From positions 1,088,001 through 1,152,000 of the forward strand of contig CAWCNY010000002.1 in the NCBI GenBank assembly GCA_963797095.1: a stretch of 64,000 nt of DNA. The letters are read 5' to 3'. The stretch comes from an uncultured Chloroflexia bacterium (lineage in GTDB: Bacteria > Chloroflexota > Chloroflexia > QHBQ01 > JADMIH01). Position 1 is the first letter of the stretch. The number at the start of each line of letters is the position of its first letter. Shown here piece by piece: positions 55,993 to 64,000 of this stretch. The notes below the pieces were generated by a model. It worked only from the letters and a program-made list of their open reading frames with translations, was not told the origin of the DNA and ran no database searches. The position numbers and the translations under genes are program-made.

Positions 55993-57687
55993 CTACTCGC
56001 GTTTGCGGAGCAGGGCCAGCGCGGCAGCCATGGCCACTCCTGCCAGACTCCACCCTCGCCAGTTGCGCTGCTTTGGCCGAAGGTCGGCCAGCACGGCACC
56101 GGCGGCGCTGCGCCCAGATGCGCCCGATACGCCGCCGCCTGGGTGAGTGCTGGCCCCCGTGATATAGAGACCGGGTATGTGCGCCCTGTACAGCGATAGC
56201 TCAGGCAGGGGGCGGAACATAAACATCTGGTCAAGCGACATATCGATATGCATGATGTTGCCGCGCAGCAGGCCCACGTTGCGCTCCAGGTCGAGCGGTG
56301 ACTGGATGTGCCGGTGGGTGATGCTGCCCGCCACGTTGGGCGCGTACTCGGCCAGCGTCTCGATCAAGCGGTTTGCCTCGCGCTCGCGTATGCTGTCCCA
56401 ACTCTCGCCGTTCGCCAGCGCATAGGGGTGATACTGCGCCCAGATGTAAAGCGAGTGCTTGCCGGGAGGCACAATAGTCGGATCAACAGCCGAAGGTGTC
56501 ATAGCCACCAGGGCGGGCTTGCGAGCGGGGTAGCCCAATTGCGCATCGTCGTAAGCGCGCTGCAAATAGTCCACGCCTGGGCAGATCAATTGCATCGCGG
56601 AGTGTTCAGGATATGTGATATGTGATACTCGACCTTTGTCCGAATCACCACTGTTCATCGTCTTGTAACGTGGCAGCTCATCCACCGCGCAGCGCACCGT
56701 CATGCCGATGCCGTTGCCCACTCGCAGCGATCTCACCCTGGCGCGCAGGTCAGAGGGGAGGCTTTCAGGGTCGAGCAGTCGCAAGAGCGTAGTCTGGATG
56801 TGCGCGCCCGATACAACAATATCCGCGCTGACCCGCTCGCCTCCCGCGACTTGAACCCCTGATACCTTGCCGGTGGCCGTAAGGATGCGCTCCACAGGTG
56901 CGTCGCACCGCACCTCGCCGCCGTGCGCCCGGAGGCAAGAGGCCAGGGCCGTCGCCAGCATGCCCGACCCCCCGCGAGGGTGGGTCGCCCTCACGTCGTG
57001 GTAGAGGCTGTGCGCGCCGGCCAGCGCCCCCGCGCCGACCTCCGAAGGGGGAGGGCCTGATTGGGCGGCAATCCAGGCGACGGCAGCCTTCACCTGCGGC
57101 GAGACAAAAGTCTCATCGAGCATCCTGCCATAGCTGCCTAATACCCTGCTCAGCAGGGGGAGGCCCGACATCGAGGGATCGGCTTTGCCCCCCGATCTGA
57201 TCTGCCCGATGGCGGTCTGCCGTGCGATCTTGCCGATGGCCGCGCCGGGCGCGGGGGCCTGCGCGAATATCTCGAACACCGCCCGGTTGAAGTCGTGCCA
57301 TTTCTCTACGAATTGCCGGTAAGCCTCGGCGTCCCGCTCGGATATCCGCGCTATCGATTGGCATGTGCGGTCGAGGTCGCGCCAGAAGGTGATGTACGTG
57401 CCGTCGGGGAAGGGCGCGAAACCCCATGGGTCCATCTGCATATACTCGAGGCCATATTTACGCAGCTCCAACTCCTGTATCACCGGCGTCTTGTGGATCA
57501 GGATGTGCATCACCGAGCAGGTATCGATATGGTAGCCGGGCCAAAGCTCCTCGGTGTTGACCGCGCCTCCCACGCGAGAGCGACGCTCGAGCACACTTAC
57601 ATCGTGGCCTGCCCTGGCTAGATAGCAGGCGCACACCAGGGCGTTGTGGCCCGCTCCTACGACAACTACTCGCTTTTTGGCCTGCAT
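55993..57687 (-). CDS. Phytoene dehydrogenase-like FAD oxidoreductase (CrtO-type)
   Basis: VVGAGHNAL..A.YLA, GGSG.L, DP...P.GKH, GA.THPGGGV.GA.G. Confidence 0.88.
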   Translation of the reverse strand: MQAKKRVVVVGAGHNALVCACYLARAGHDVSVLERRSRVGGAVNTEELWPGYHIDTCSVMHILIHKTPVIQELELRKYGLEYMQMDPWGFAPFPDGTYITFWRDLDRTCQSIARISERDAEAYRQFVEKWHDFNRAVFEIFAQAPAPGAAIGKIARQTAIGQIRSGGKADPSMSGLPLLSRVLGSYGRMLDETFVSPQVKAAVAWIAAQSGPPPSEVGAGALAGAHSLYHDVRATHPRGGSGMLATALASCLRAHGGEVRCDAPVERILTATGKVSGVQVAGGERVSADIVVSGAHIQTTLLRLLDPESLPSDLRARVRSLRVGNGIGMTVRCAVDELPRYKTMNSGDSDKGRVSHITYPEHSAMQLICPGVDYLQRAYDDAQLGYPARKPALVAMTPSAVDPTIVPPGKHSLYIWAQYHPYALANGESWDSIREREANRLIETLAEYAPNVAGSITHRHIQSPLDLERNVGLLRGNIMHIDMSLDQMFMFRPLPELSLYRAHIPGLYITGASTHPGGGVSGASGRSAAGAVLADLRPKQRNWRGWSLAGVAMAAALALLRKRE

Positions 57688-57895
57688 TTAACCCTCTTTT
57701 CGCAGTTAAGCAGATTACTCGCCTGGCCTAGTATATACGCTACCTGCTCCAGGCGTAGAGGCTTCTTCAGCCTTCCGTCCGAGCCCTGGCCGGGCCGTAA
57801 TCTTGGAACTCTGTTCCCGATTCTTCTCCCCTTGACAGGCGGTGCGGGCCTGGGGTAACGTACTACTGCGGATCTTGAGCGCACTGTGAGGTCAG

Positions 57896-58552
57896 TTGAT
57901 GGCGCCTATAGAGGTCGAGGACAAGGGAGAAGGCGGGGTGGGGCTGGAGCGGATTATCTTCTTCAGCGATGCGGTATTTGCCATAGCCATCACTCTGCTG
58001 GTTATAGATCTGCGCTTGCCTCCGAACCTCGCGGACCTATCCTACGATGAAATCTCCAGGCAGTTAGGCAACGCGATACAGGAAGTGTTCAACGGAGAGT
58101 TCCGCAGCTTTGTAATCAGTTTTATGGTGCTAGGCAACTACTGGATGCTCCATCACAGGCTGTTCGGCTTTATCAAGCGATATGACCCCGGCCTTATCTG
58201 GCGCAATCTCTTCTTCCTGATGAGCATCGCCTTCTTGCCTTTTCCAACCTCGGTCCTCGGTGGGTACGGCGACCATGCGGAAGCTGTTATCCTCTATGCG
58301 GCGTCCGGGGCGGTGACCGGCTTGCTCGTCACATGGCTCTGGAACTACGCGACCTCAGCCTACCGCCTCGTGGACCCTGACCTGGATCCACGTTTCATCC
58401 GCTACAACCTCCTGAGGACCTCTGGTGCCACGTTTGTATTCCTGCTATCGATACCCATAGCCCTCTTCAACTGGTTCATCGCCGAACTCTGCTGGGTTGC
58501 CCTGTTCCCCTTCCTGTTCCTCCTCCGCCGCCGCTACGGCCACGCCTCCTGA
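57896..58552 (+). CDS. TMEM175 (DUF1211) potassium channel family protein
   Basis: R...FSDAVFAIA.TLL signature; W..HH; N...L.....LPFPT. Confidence 0.92.
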   Translation: MMAPIEVEDKGEGGVGLERIIFFSDAVFAIAITLLVIDLRLPPNLADLSYDEISRQLGNAIQEVFNGEFRSFVISFMVLGNYWMLHHRLFGFIKRYDPGLIWRNLFFLMSIAFLPFPTSVLGGYGDHAEAVILYAASGAVTGLLVTWLWNYATSAYRLVDPDLDPRFIRYNLLRTSGATFVFLLSIPIALFNWFIAELCWVALFPFLFLLRRRYGHAS

Positions 58553-58693
58553 TATTGGCGGGAGTTACCAAGTAACCGAGAGTTGCACAGGCGTCTATTC
58601 CTTCGTTGGCGAGCTAATGATCATAGCTCATTCTAGCCACTCCATCAACTTTGTGCAGGCCGAAGTAGCACTTTGCACATTGGTTACACATCC

Positions 58694-58722
58694 TTGCACA
58701 GGTAGAACATAGGTGCTATACT
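58694..58722 (+). promoter_or_regulatory. sigma70 promoter containing a LexA-type (SOS) box
   Basis: TTGCAC-N17-TATACT with AGAAC-ATAG-GTGCT at 58704-58717. Confidence 0.65.
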
Positions 58723-58765
58723 CAAAGCAAAGCGCTGCACATCTCTAGACAGGAGGCAAATAGCT

Positions 58766-59878
58766 ATGTCAGGCAAGGCGGGCAAGGTGACCGTGCTGGT
58801 GGGCACCACAAGAGGGGCGTTCTTTTATCACTCGGACGCCGATCGGAAGAACTGGGAGATGACCGGGCCGCATCTCGACGGCTGGGAAATCTATAGCCTG
58901 TGTGGGCTAAACGATAGCAACGGGAACGGCAACCAAAGTAACGGCCGCATTTTCGCCGGCACATCGCACTTCGTATATGGCACCACGATTCGCGTCAGCG
59001 ATGATATGGGCGAGACCTGGACGCAGGTGGAGGCTAGCCCCCGCTACTCCGAAGATAGCGGGTTCAAGATGAACAGGATATGGCAGATCGTGCCAGGCCA
59101 CCCGGCGCAACCGGGCACCATGTACGCTGGCGTGGACGAAGCCGGGCTATTTGCCAGCCACGACGGTGGCACTACCTGGGAGGAAGTGACCGGCCTGAGC
59201 CGGCATTCCACACGAGGCGAGTGGGGACCGGGCAACGGCGGGCTTTGTCTTCACACCATTCTGGTTGACCCTACCAATCCAAAGCGCATGTGGATCGGCA
59301 TTTCGGCGGTGGGTGTCTTTCGCACCGACGATGGCGGCCAGAACTGGAAGGTGTGCAACAACGGCTTGCCGGGAGTGCCCACAGGTGTCCCCACACAGGA
59401 AGTAGGGCGTTGCGTGCACAAGATAGTGCTCGACCCCGACAATCCCGATACTCTCTACTGCCAGTTCCACGGTGGGGTGTTCAAATCGACCGATGCCGCC
59501 AATTCGTGGCAGCCAATCGAAAGCGGCCTGCCAAGTAACTTCGGCTTCCCGATGGGCGTAACCAATGGCGGCGACCTCTTCGTGATCCCCCTGGAGAGCG
59601 ATATGCAGCGCCATGTGAAGAACGGGCAGCTAAAGGTCTACAGGTCGCAGGATAAAGGAGAGAGTTGGGCACCCTCCGGCTCTGGTCTGCCTGAGCAGCC
59701 GCACTATGTCGGCGTGCTTCGCGACGCGCTCGCCGTGGATAGCATGGACCCCGCAGGGATCTACTTCGGCACCAGCATGGGCGAGGTATTCTATTCGCCC
59801 GATGCCGGGGAGACCTGGGATCGCCTACCGGGCCAGTTCCCGCGCATCACCATGATCAAAGCCTGGGTGCGAGACTGA
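58766..59878 (+). CDS. BNR/Asp-box beta-propeller protein (cytoplasmic)
   Basis: Repeated S.D.G.TW; W.PG.GGLCLHTI, GRCVHK, QFHGGV motifs; no signal peptide. Confidence 0.9.
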   Translation: MSGKAGKVTVLVGTTRGAFFYHSDADRKNWEMTGPHLDGWEIYSLCGLNDSNGNGNQSNGRIFAGTSHFVYGTTIRVSDDMGETWTQVEASPRYSEDSGFKMNRIWQIVPGHPAQPGTMYAGVDEAGLFASHDGGTTWEEVTGLSRHSTRGEWGPGNGGLCLHTILVDPTNPKRMWIGISAVGVFRTDDGGQNWKVCNNGLPGVPTGVPTQEVGRCVHKIVLDPDNPDTLYCQFHGGVFKSTDAANSWQPIESGLPSNFGFPMGVTNGGDLFVIPLESDMQRHVKNGQLKVYRSQDKGESWAPSGSGLPEQPHYVGVLRDALAVDSMDPAGIYFGTSMGEVFYSPDAGETWDRLPGQFPRITMIKAWVRD

Positions 59879-59894
59879 AAAGAGGGTTCCTGAT

Positions 59895-60179
59895 ATGAGC
59901 AATACGGGCATCGAGGTCAATGTTCCGACGATTTTGCGCGATTGCGTCGGCGGTAGCACCCAGGTCAGAATCGAGGCGACCACTCTGGCCGATGCATTGG
60001 ACCGCCTTTGCACAACCTACCCTCTGTTGCGCTTCCACCTCTACGACGAGACGGCGAAGCTGCGGCCTCACGTGCTGATCTTCTACAACGACGAGAGCAC
60101 CCGCTGGCTGGAGCGGCTGGACATTCCGCTCCAGCCGGGCGACCGCCTGGAGATCCTCCAGGCTGTTTCCGGTGGATAG
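59895..60179 (+). CDS. MoaD/ThiS-like ubiquitin-like protein
   Basis: V..P..LR, L..GD.L.I..AVSGG C-terminal diglycine. Confidence 0.92.
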   Translation: MSNTGIEVNVPTILRDCVGGSTQVRIEATTLADALDRLCTTYPLLRFHLYDETAKLRPHVLIFYNDESTRWLERLDIPLQPGDRLEILQAVSGG

Positions 60180-60948
60180 TCGCGGCAGTTCGAGAAAAGG
60201 CGTGCGCCTGGTCGCCTATAACATGGGGCAGGGCTGGTCCCGTAACCCCGCCCTGTGGGCCCGCCTCTTACAAAGCCTGAAGCCCGACCTCTTCTTCGCA
60301 CAAGAGTCCCGCGACCCGGCGCGTTCGTGGCTGGCGGCCTTCCAGGACAGCGAAAGCTCCGTGCTCTGGGCGAAAATATCTGGTCGTCGCTGGGGAAGCG
60401 GCCTCTGGTTGAGCGATGGGCGCATGACGCCGCTGGCGGTGCCCGAAGAATATACGGGGCGCGTGGTGGCGGCCCTCATAGAGGGCCGAGAGTGGCCGGG
60501 AGTGGGCATCGCACCCGTAGCGGCGCTCAGCATCCACGCGCCCGCGCCCAGGGGCAGCACCTACAGAAAAGAAGTTGGGCGCATCCTGGACCTGGCGGGC
60601 GAACTCGCATCAGGCCGCCACTTGTTCCTGGCGGGCGATTTCAACGTGGTAGTGGGGATGCGCCGTCCTGAGCAGCGCCCCTCGGTCAGTCGCGGCGAGC
60701 AGGCGCTACTTGAGCGGTTGCGCGATGAGTTCGACCTGATTCCATGCTGGCAGATGGCCCACCCCGGCGAGCCGCTGGCCCGCACCCTCCGCTGGATGCG
60801 TCGGAGCGACTCGCTGCCCTATCACTGCGATGGCATCTTCGTGCCCGCCGCATGGGCACCCGCACTCCAGAGTTGTGAGGTGCTGGAGGACGAGGAGTGG
60901 TGCGCCCTCAGCGACCACAATCCGGTGGTGGCGACCTTTGCCCCCTAG
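60172..60948 (+). CDS. Endonuclease/exonuclease/phosphatase (EEP) family protein
   Basis: YN, QE, SIHAP, GDFN, D.IFV, SDH.PV motifs; alternative GTG start at 60202. Confidence 0.88.
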   Translation: MDSRGSSRKGVRLVAYNMGQGWSRNPALWARLLQSLKPDLFFAQESRDPARSWLAAFQDSESSVLWAKISGRRWGSGLWLSDGRMTPLAVPEEYTGRVVAALIEGREWPGVGIAPVAALSIHAPAPRGSTYRKEVGRILDLAGELASGRHLFLAGDFNVVVGMRRPEQRPSVSRGEQALLERLRDEFDLIPCWQMAHPGEPLARTLRWMRRSDSLPYHCDGIFVPAAWAPALQSCEVLEDEEWCALSDHNPVVATFAP

Positions 60949-61504
60949 CCTGCTGTTGGGGATATCTCGCGGCCAGCTTCCTTACCGTGGTGACATTCCG
61001 CATCGTCATCGGAGCGCCAGTTACCTTCTCCAGCATCGCGCCGGATATCTTTGAATCGCTGATCCTGGTGCGGCATAGCCAGTATAGCTCCCGCCCATAA
61101 ACGTGAAACTCGTCCGTAGGTGTGCCCAGCGCCTCGATCTTATCGCGTGCCTCGGCAGATAGCTCGGACGGCAGGAACGCGACATAGAGCGTGACTCCAT
61201 CTACATCTTCACCAGGGAAAGGCTCGTACTCCGCGACCTGCCCTATATCAATTGTTGAGCGGATCAAGGTGGCAACCTCGTATCCAAGCTCTGCTTTGAG
61301 ATGTCGCTCGATCTTCTTCTCAAGCGCGCCCGCATCTACCTCCGGCGACGAAAAGATCACATTACCACTCGCGATGAAAGTCTCCACATCTTCAAACCCA
61401 ATCTGCTCAAAGAGCTTGCCTAACTCGCCCATCTTGACCGTGTGCCCGCCCACATTGATGGCGCGCAACAGCGCGATATACCGTGTTGGTGCAGTAGATT
61501 TCAC
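60908..61504 (-). CDS. DUF1697 family protein
   Basis: YIALLRAINVGG, V.TFIASGNVIF, T.RN..TV.KL. Confidence 0.9.
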   Translation of the reverse strand: MKSTAPTRYIALLRAINVGGHTVKMGELGKLFEQIGFEDVETFIASGNVIFSSPEVDAGALEKKIERHLKAELGYEVATLIRSTIDIGQVAEYEPFPGEDVDGVTLYVAFLPSELSAEARDKIEALGTPTDEFHVYGRELYWLCRTRISDSKISGAMLEKVTGAPMTMRNVTTVRKLAARYPQQQARGQRSPPPDCGR

Positions 61505-63120
61505 GCGTCCATCCTCAATTCTTCCAGGTCCAGGTCTCGTTCGAGCAACCGCCACACCTCGTCGTCGATTTCTCCACGCTCTCGCAGGTCCAACACAGCG
61601 GCACGTTCGGCATCCAGCACTGCCCTCTTGATCAAGTGATGCTCAAGAAGCTCCTGGTTCACTTCCTCCTCACTGGATGGGTCTCCAGGGTGATTTCCGT
61701 TATTCCCTTCCCCATTTCTGCTGATATAGTGGCTGGCGCGGTGCTCGTATTGCGCCTTCAGGGTGTCGATCAGCGGAATATGTGTGGGCCACTCGTCTCT
61801 CAAATGCTCGACACGTGATAGGGCTGCCTCGGTCGCTATCCTTCTCGCGTGCTGTTCCTGTTGTGCGATAGCATCGTGATCGGACCCAAGGCCCAGCGCG
61901 CGTACCAGCAACGGGAGCGAGAGTCCCTGTCCGACGAGCGTTGCCAGGATCACGAAGAACGTCAAGAAGATCAGCACATTTCGCTCCGGCGTCGTTTGGG
62001 GCAGGGCAAGGGCAGCCGCAAGCGATATGACCCCGCGCATACCGGCCCAACTCACGACGAATGTTTCCTTCCAGGTTGGAGGCTTTCCGGTTCGTCGCAA
62101 CTGGTGGCCCGAACGAGTAGGCTGCTTGATACGCGCTAACTGCTTCTGACTGTATGTCTCTGCAAAAACCCAGGCCATTCGTACCAGAATAATGCCTGCA
62201 CTCAGCACAAACCCGAGGCCAATGAGAGACCCTATAGAACGCCCGATAAGCGTCGGGAGAATAGTCGATAGTTGCAGCCCGATCAGAATGAAGACCAGCC
62301 CATTCAAGATGAAATCGACCATATCCCACACGGCGCGGCTTCTCAGGCGCGCCTCAGGCCGCCAGATGTACGGCGACCGCCATCCCAGGTAGAGGCCGGC
62401 CGCCACGGTAGCCAGCACTCCTGACACCCCAAGAGCTTCCGCCGAGAGGTAAGTTGCAAACGGGGTGAGTAGCGAAAGAGTGATTTCGACAGGTGGGTCG
62501 TTGAATTGGCGGAGCAGCCAGGCCGCCAGCACCGCCAGCACAAGCCCGATAGCAACACCGCCAAGGCCGACAATGACCACGCGCAAGGCGGCTTCATCCG
62601 GCGAGAAAGCAACCGCCACCGCTCCTAGCGCCGCCCGGTAGGCGACCAGGGCCGTACCGTCGTTGATCAGGCTTTCACCTTCTAGGAGGGTCACTATTTT
62701 GCGGGGTACGCCCAGGCCACGGAACACGGCGGCTGCGGCCACTGCGTCTGGGGGAGACACAATTGCCCCGAAGGCGAATGCTGCGGGCCAACCCAGTTCG
62801 GGCATCATGGTCCCAAGTATCACCGCCACCACGACGGTAGTTGCCAGCACCAGCCCCACCGATAGAGACAGAATCGGCCGGAGCAATACCCTGAAGTCTC
62901 GGACCGATGTTGTAAAGGCGGCTCTGAACACAAGCGGCGGCAGGAAGACGAGGAATACCAGATCAGGATCGAGCGGGAAATCGGGCACGATCGGGATCAA
63001 AGTCAGTACCAGCCCGCCGATTACCAGCAGGATAGGGTATGGTATATGCAATTTCCTCGCGATAGGGGTGAGCGCCGCCACCACCACCAGCAACAGGAGC
63101 ACCAGTTCGACTTCGTTCAT
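61501..63120 (-). CDS. Na+/H+ antiporter, CPA1 family
   Basis: VFLPPL, SPPDAVA, LEGESL.ND, W.GMRGV.SLAAALA. Confidence 0.93.
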   Translation of the reverse strand: MNEVELVLLLLVVVAALTPIARKLHIPYPILLVIGGLVLTLIPIVPDFPLDPDLVFLVFLPPLVFRAAFTTSVRDFRVLLRPILSLSVGLVLATTVVVAVILGTMMPELGWPAAFAFGAIVSPPDAVAAAAVFRGLGVPRKIVTLLEGESLINDGTALVAYRAALGAVAVAFSPDEAALRVVIVGLGGVAIGLVLAVLAAWLLRQFNDPPVEITLSLLTPFATYLSAEALGVSGVLATVAAGLYLGWRSPYIWRPEARLRSRAVWDMVDFILNGLVFILIGLQLSTILPTLIGRSIGSLIGLGFVLSAGIILVRMAWVFAETYSQKQLARIKQPTRSGHQLRRTGKPPTWKETFVVSWAGMRGVISLAAALALPQTTPERNVLIFLTFFVILATLVGQGLSLPLLVRALGLGSDHDAIAQQEQHARRIATEAALSRVEHLRDEWPTHIPLIDTLKAQYEHRASHYISRNGEGNNGNHPGDPSSEEEVNQELLEHHLIKRAVLDAERAAVLDLRERGEIDDEVWRLLERDLDLEELRMDA

Positions 63121-63123
63121 AGA

Positions 63124-63888
63124 TTACTGCACCGCGTCCAATTCAACTTCGATCTGCTGGTAGTACATAGAGGTTGGTCCCTCGAAGCCCGAGTCGGTGC
63201 CCACCAGCAACCACAAATCACCGCTTGCGCTGCTCTCGACCGGGAACTCGCTAGTATGCTCCTTCGTTACCGATGCATACGTTGCCGCTTCACCCTGCGT
63301 CTGATCGCACGGCAGGCCATTGCCAATATCGCCAACCACCGCCCCGGCTGGCCCGCCTGTGGTCTGCTCCCCCTTATCAACATTCATCTTGTACAGTCCA
63401 TTTTGCTCCACTGCCATCGGCTCGATGTCGCTGGCCCCGGTCTTGAGTGTTACCCCTTCGCCCGGTGCGCCACCGATCCCCAGGCAGCCGCTTGGAGCAT
63501 CTGACGCAAACACGATCTTGAACGTCAGTTGGTAGGTTGTGTTCGGTTGCACACCTTCAGCCGTGCCTAGCTCGCGTTTCAAGAACATATACAGGTCGTC
63601 TGAGTGGTTATTGCCTGTGATATAGAAGCCGGTTCCCGCAGGCTCGATCCCGGCGGGCAGTGCGCGGATGCCCGAATCCAGCTCGTAACCCTGCTCTGAG
63701 CCGGGCGGATAGTCCGCGAAACCCGCTCCCCAGCCCTGTGCGCCATCGCGGAAGTCAAAGCTCACTTTGAGTGGCGTGGGCGTACCTGTAGGGGTTGGCG
63801 TGGCGGTATCTCCGCAGGCGACCAGTAGCGGAATAATGAGCACCCCTATCCCTACCGCCCCACAGAATCTGGCGGTCCTCCCGTACAT
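63124..63888 (-). CDS. Hypothetical lipoprotein
   Basis: GAGGAGG RBS, LLVAC lipobox, F.DYP, N.SDDL.M, GTDSGFEG motifs. Confidence 0.75.
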   Translation of the reverse strand: MYGRTARFCGAVGIGVLIIPLLVACGDTATPTPTGTPTPLKVSFDFRDGAQGWGAGFADYPPGSEQGYELDSGIRALPAGIEPAGTGFYITGNNHSDDLYMFLKRELGTAEGVQPNTTYQLTFKIVFASDAPSGCLGIGGAPGEGVTLKTGASDIEPMAVEQNGLYKMNVDKGEQTTGGPAGAVVGDIGNGLPCDQTQGEAATYASVTKEHTSEFPVESSASGDLWLLVGTDSGFEGPTSMYYQQIEVELDAVQ

Positions 63889-64000
63889 CCGATTTCTCCC
63901 TCCTCGATTCGTGCCCCCTACGAGTTCGGACACGCTGTCCTCATCTTCCTCGGCTTCCTCGCCATGCTCGACTATATCGCCGTCTTTGAAGAGGATATCT

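Noticed and set aside
1-64000. tRNA, rRNA, riboswitch or known anti-phage defence genes
   Set aside because: No cloverleaf, rRNA or known riboswitch signature was seen in the intergenic regions; no defence gene beyond the MNT-HEPN pair. A covariance-model scan was not possible.

Overview
GC-rich bacterial chromosomal window, most likely Chloroflexota (inferred from Cys-rich SLH modules, 'FPETG...QYFER' surface modules, spoVS/rny, DUF4446). It holds about 45 CDS: housekeeping genes (tmk, dksA-like/lspA/rluD, rny, spoVS), envelope-glycan genes, eight large secreted proteins built from two interchangeable anchoring modules, an ECF42 sigma locus with its cognate promoter, an MNT-HEPN toxin-antitoxin pair whose toxin lacks the catalytic Arg, and three IS elements (frameshifting ISAzo13; ISAs1 nested in the end of a decayed IS4-like element). 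No rRNA, tRNA or CRISPR array was seen. Best candidates for undescribed biology: (1) two tandem genes at 5447-7089, each fusing an XRE helix-turn-helix to an Hfq/Sm-like domain; (2) a BNR-propeller + ubiquitin-like + EEP-nuclease operon with a LexA-type box inside its sigma70 promoter; (3) an orientation-conserved ~65-bp intergenic element present three times; (4) surface-protein modules with a foreign codon signature. All family calls come from motif recognition by eye, not database searches.
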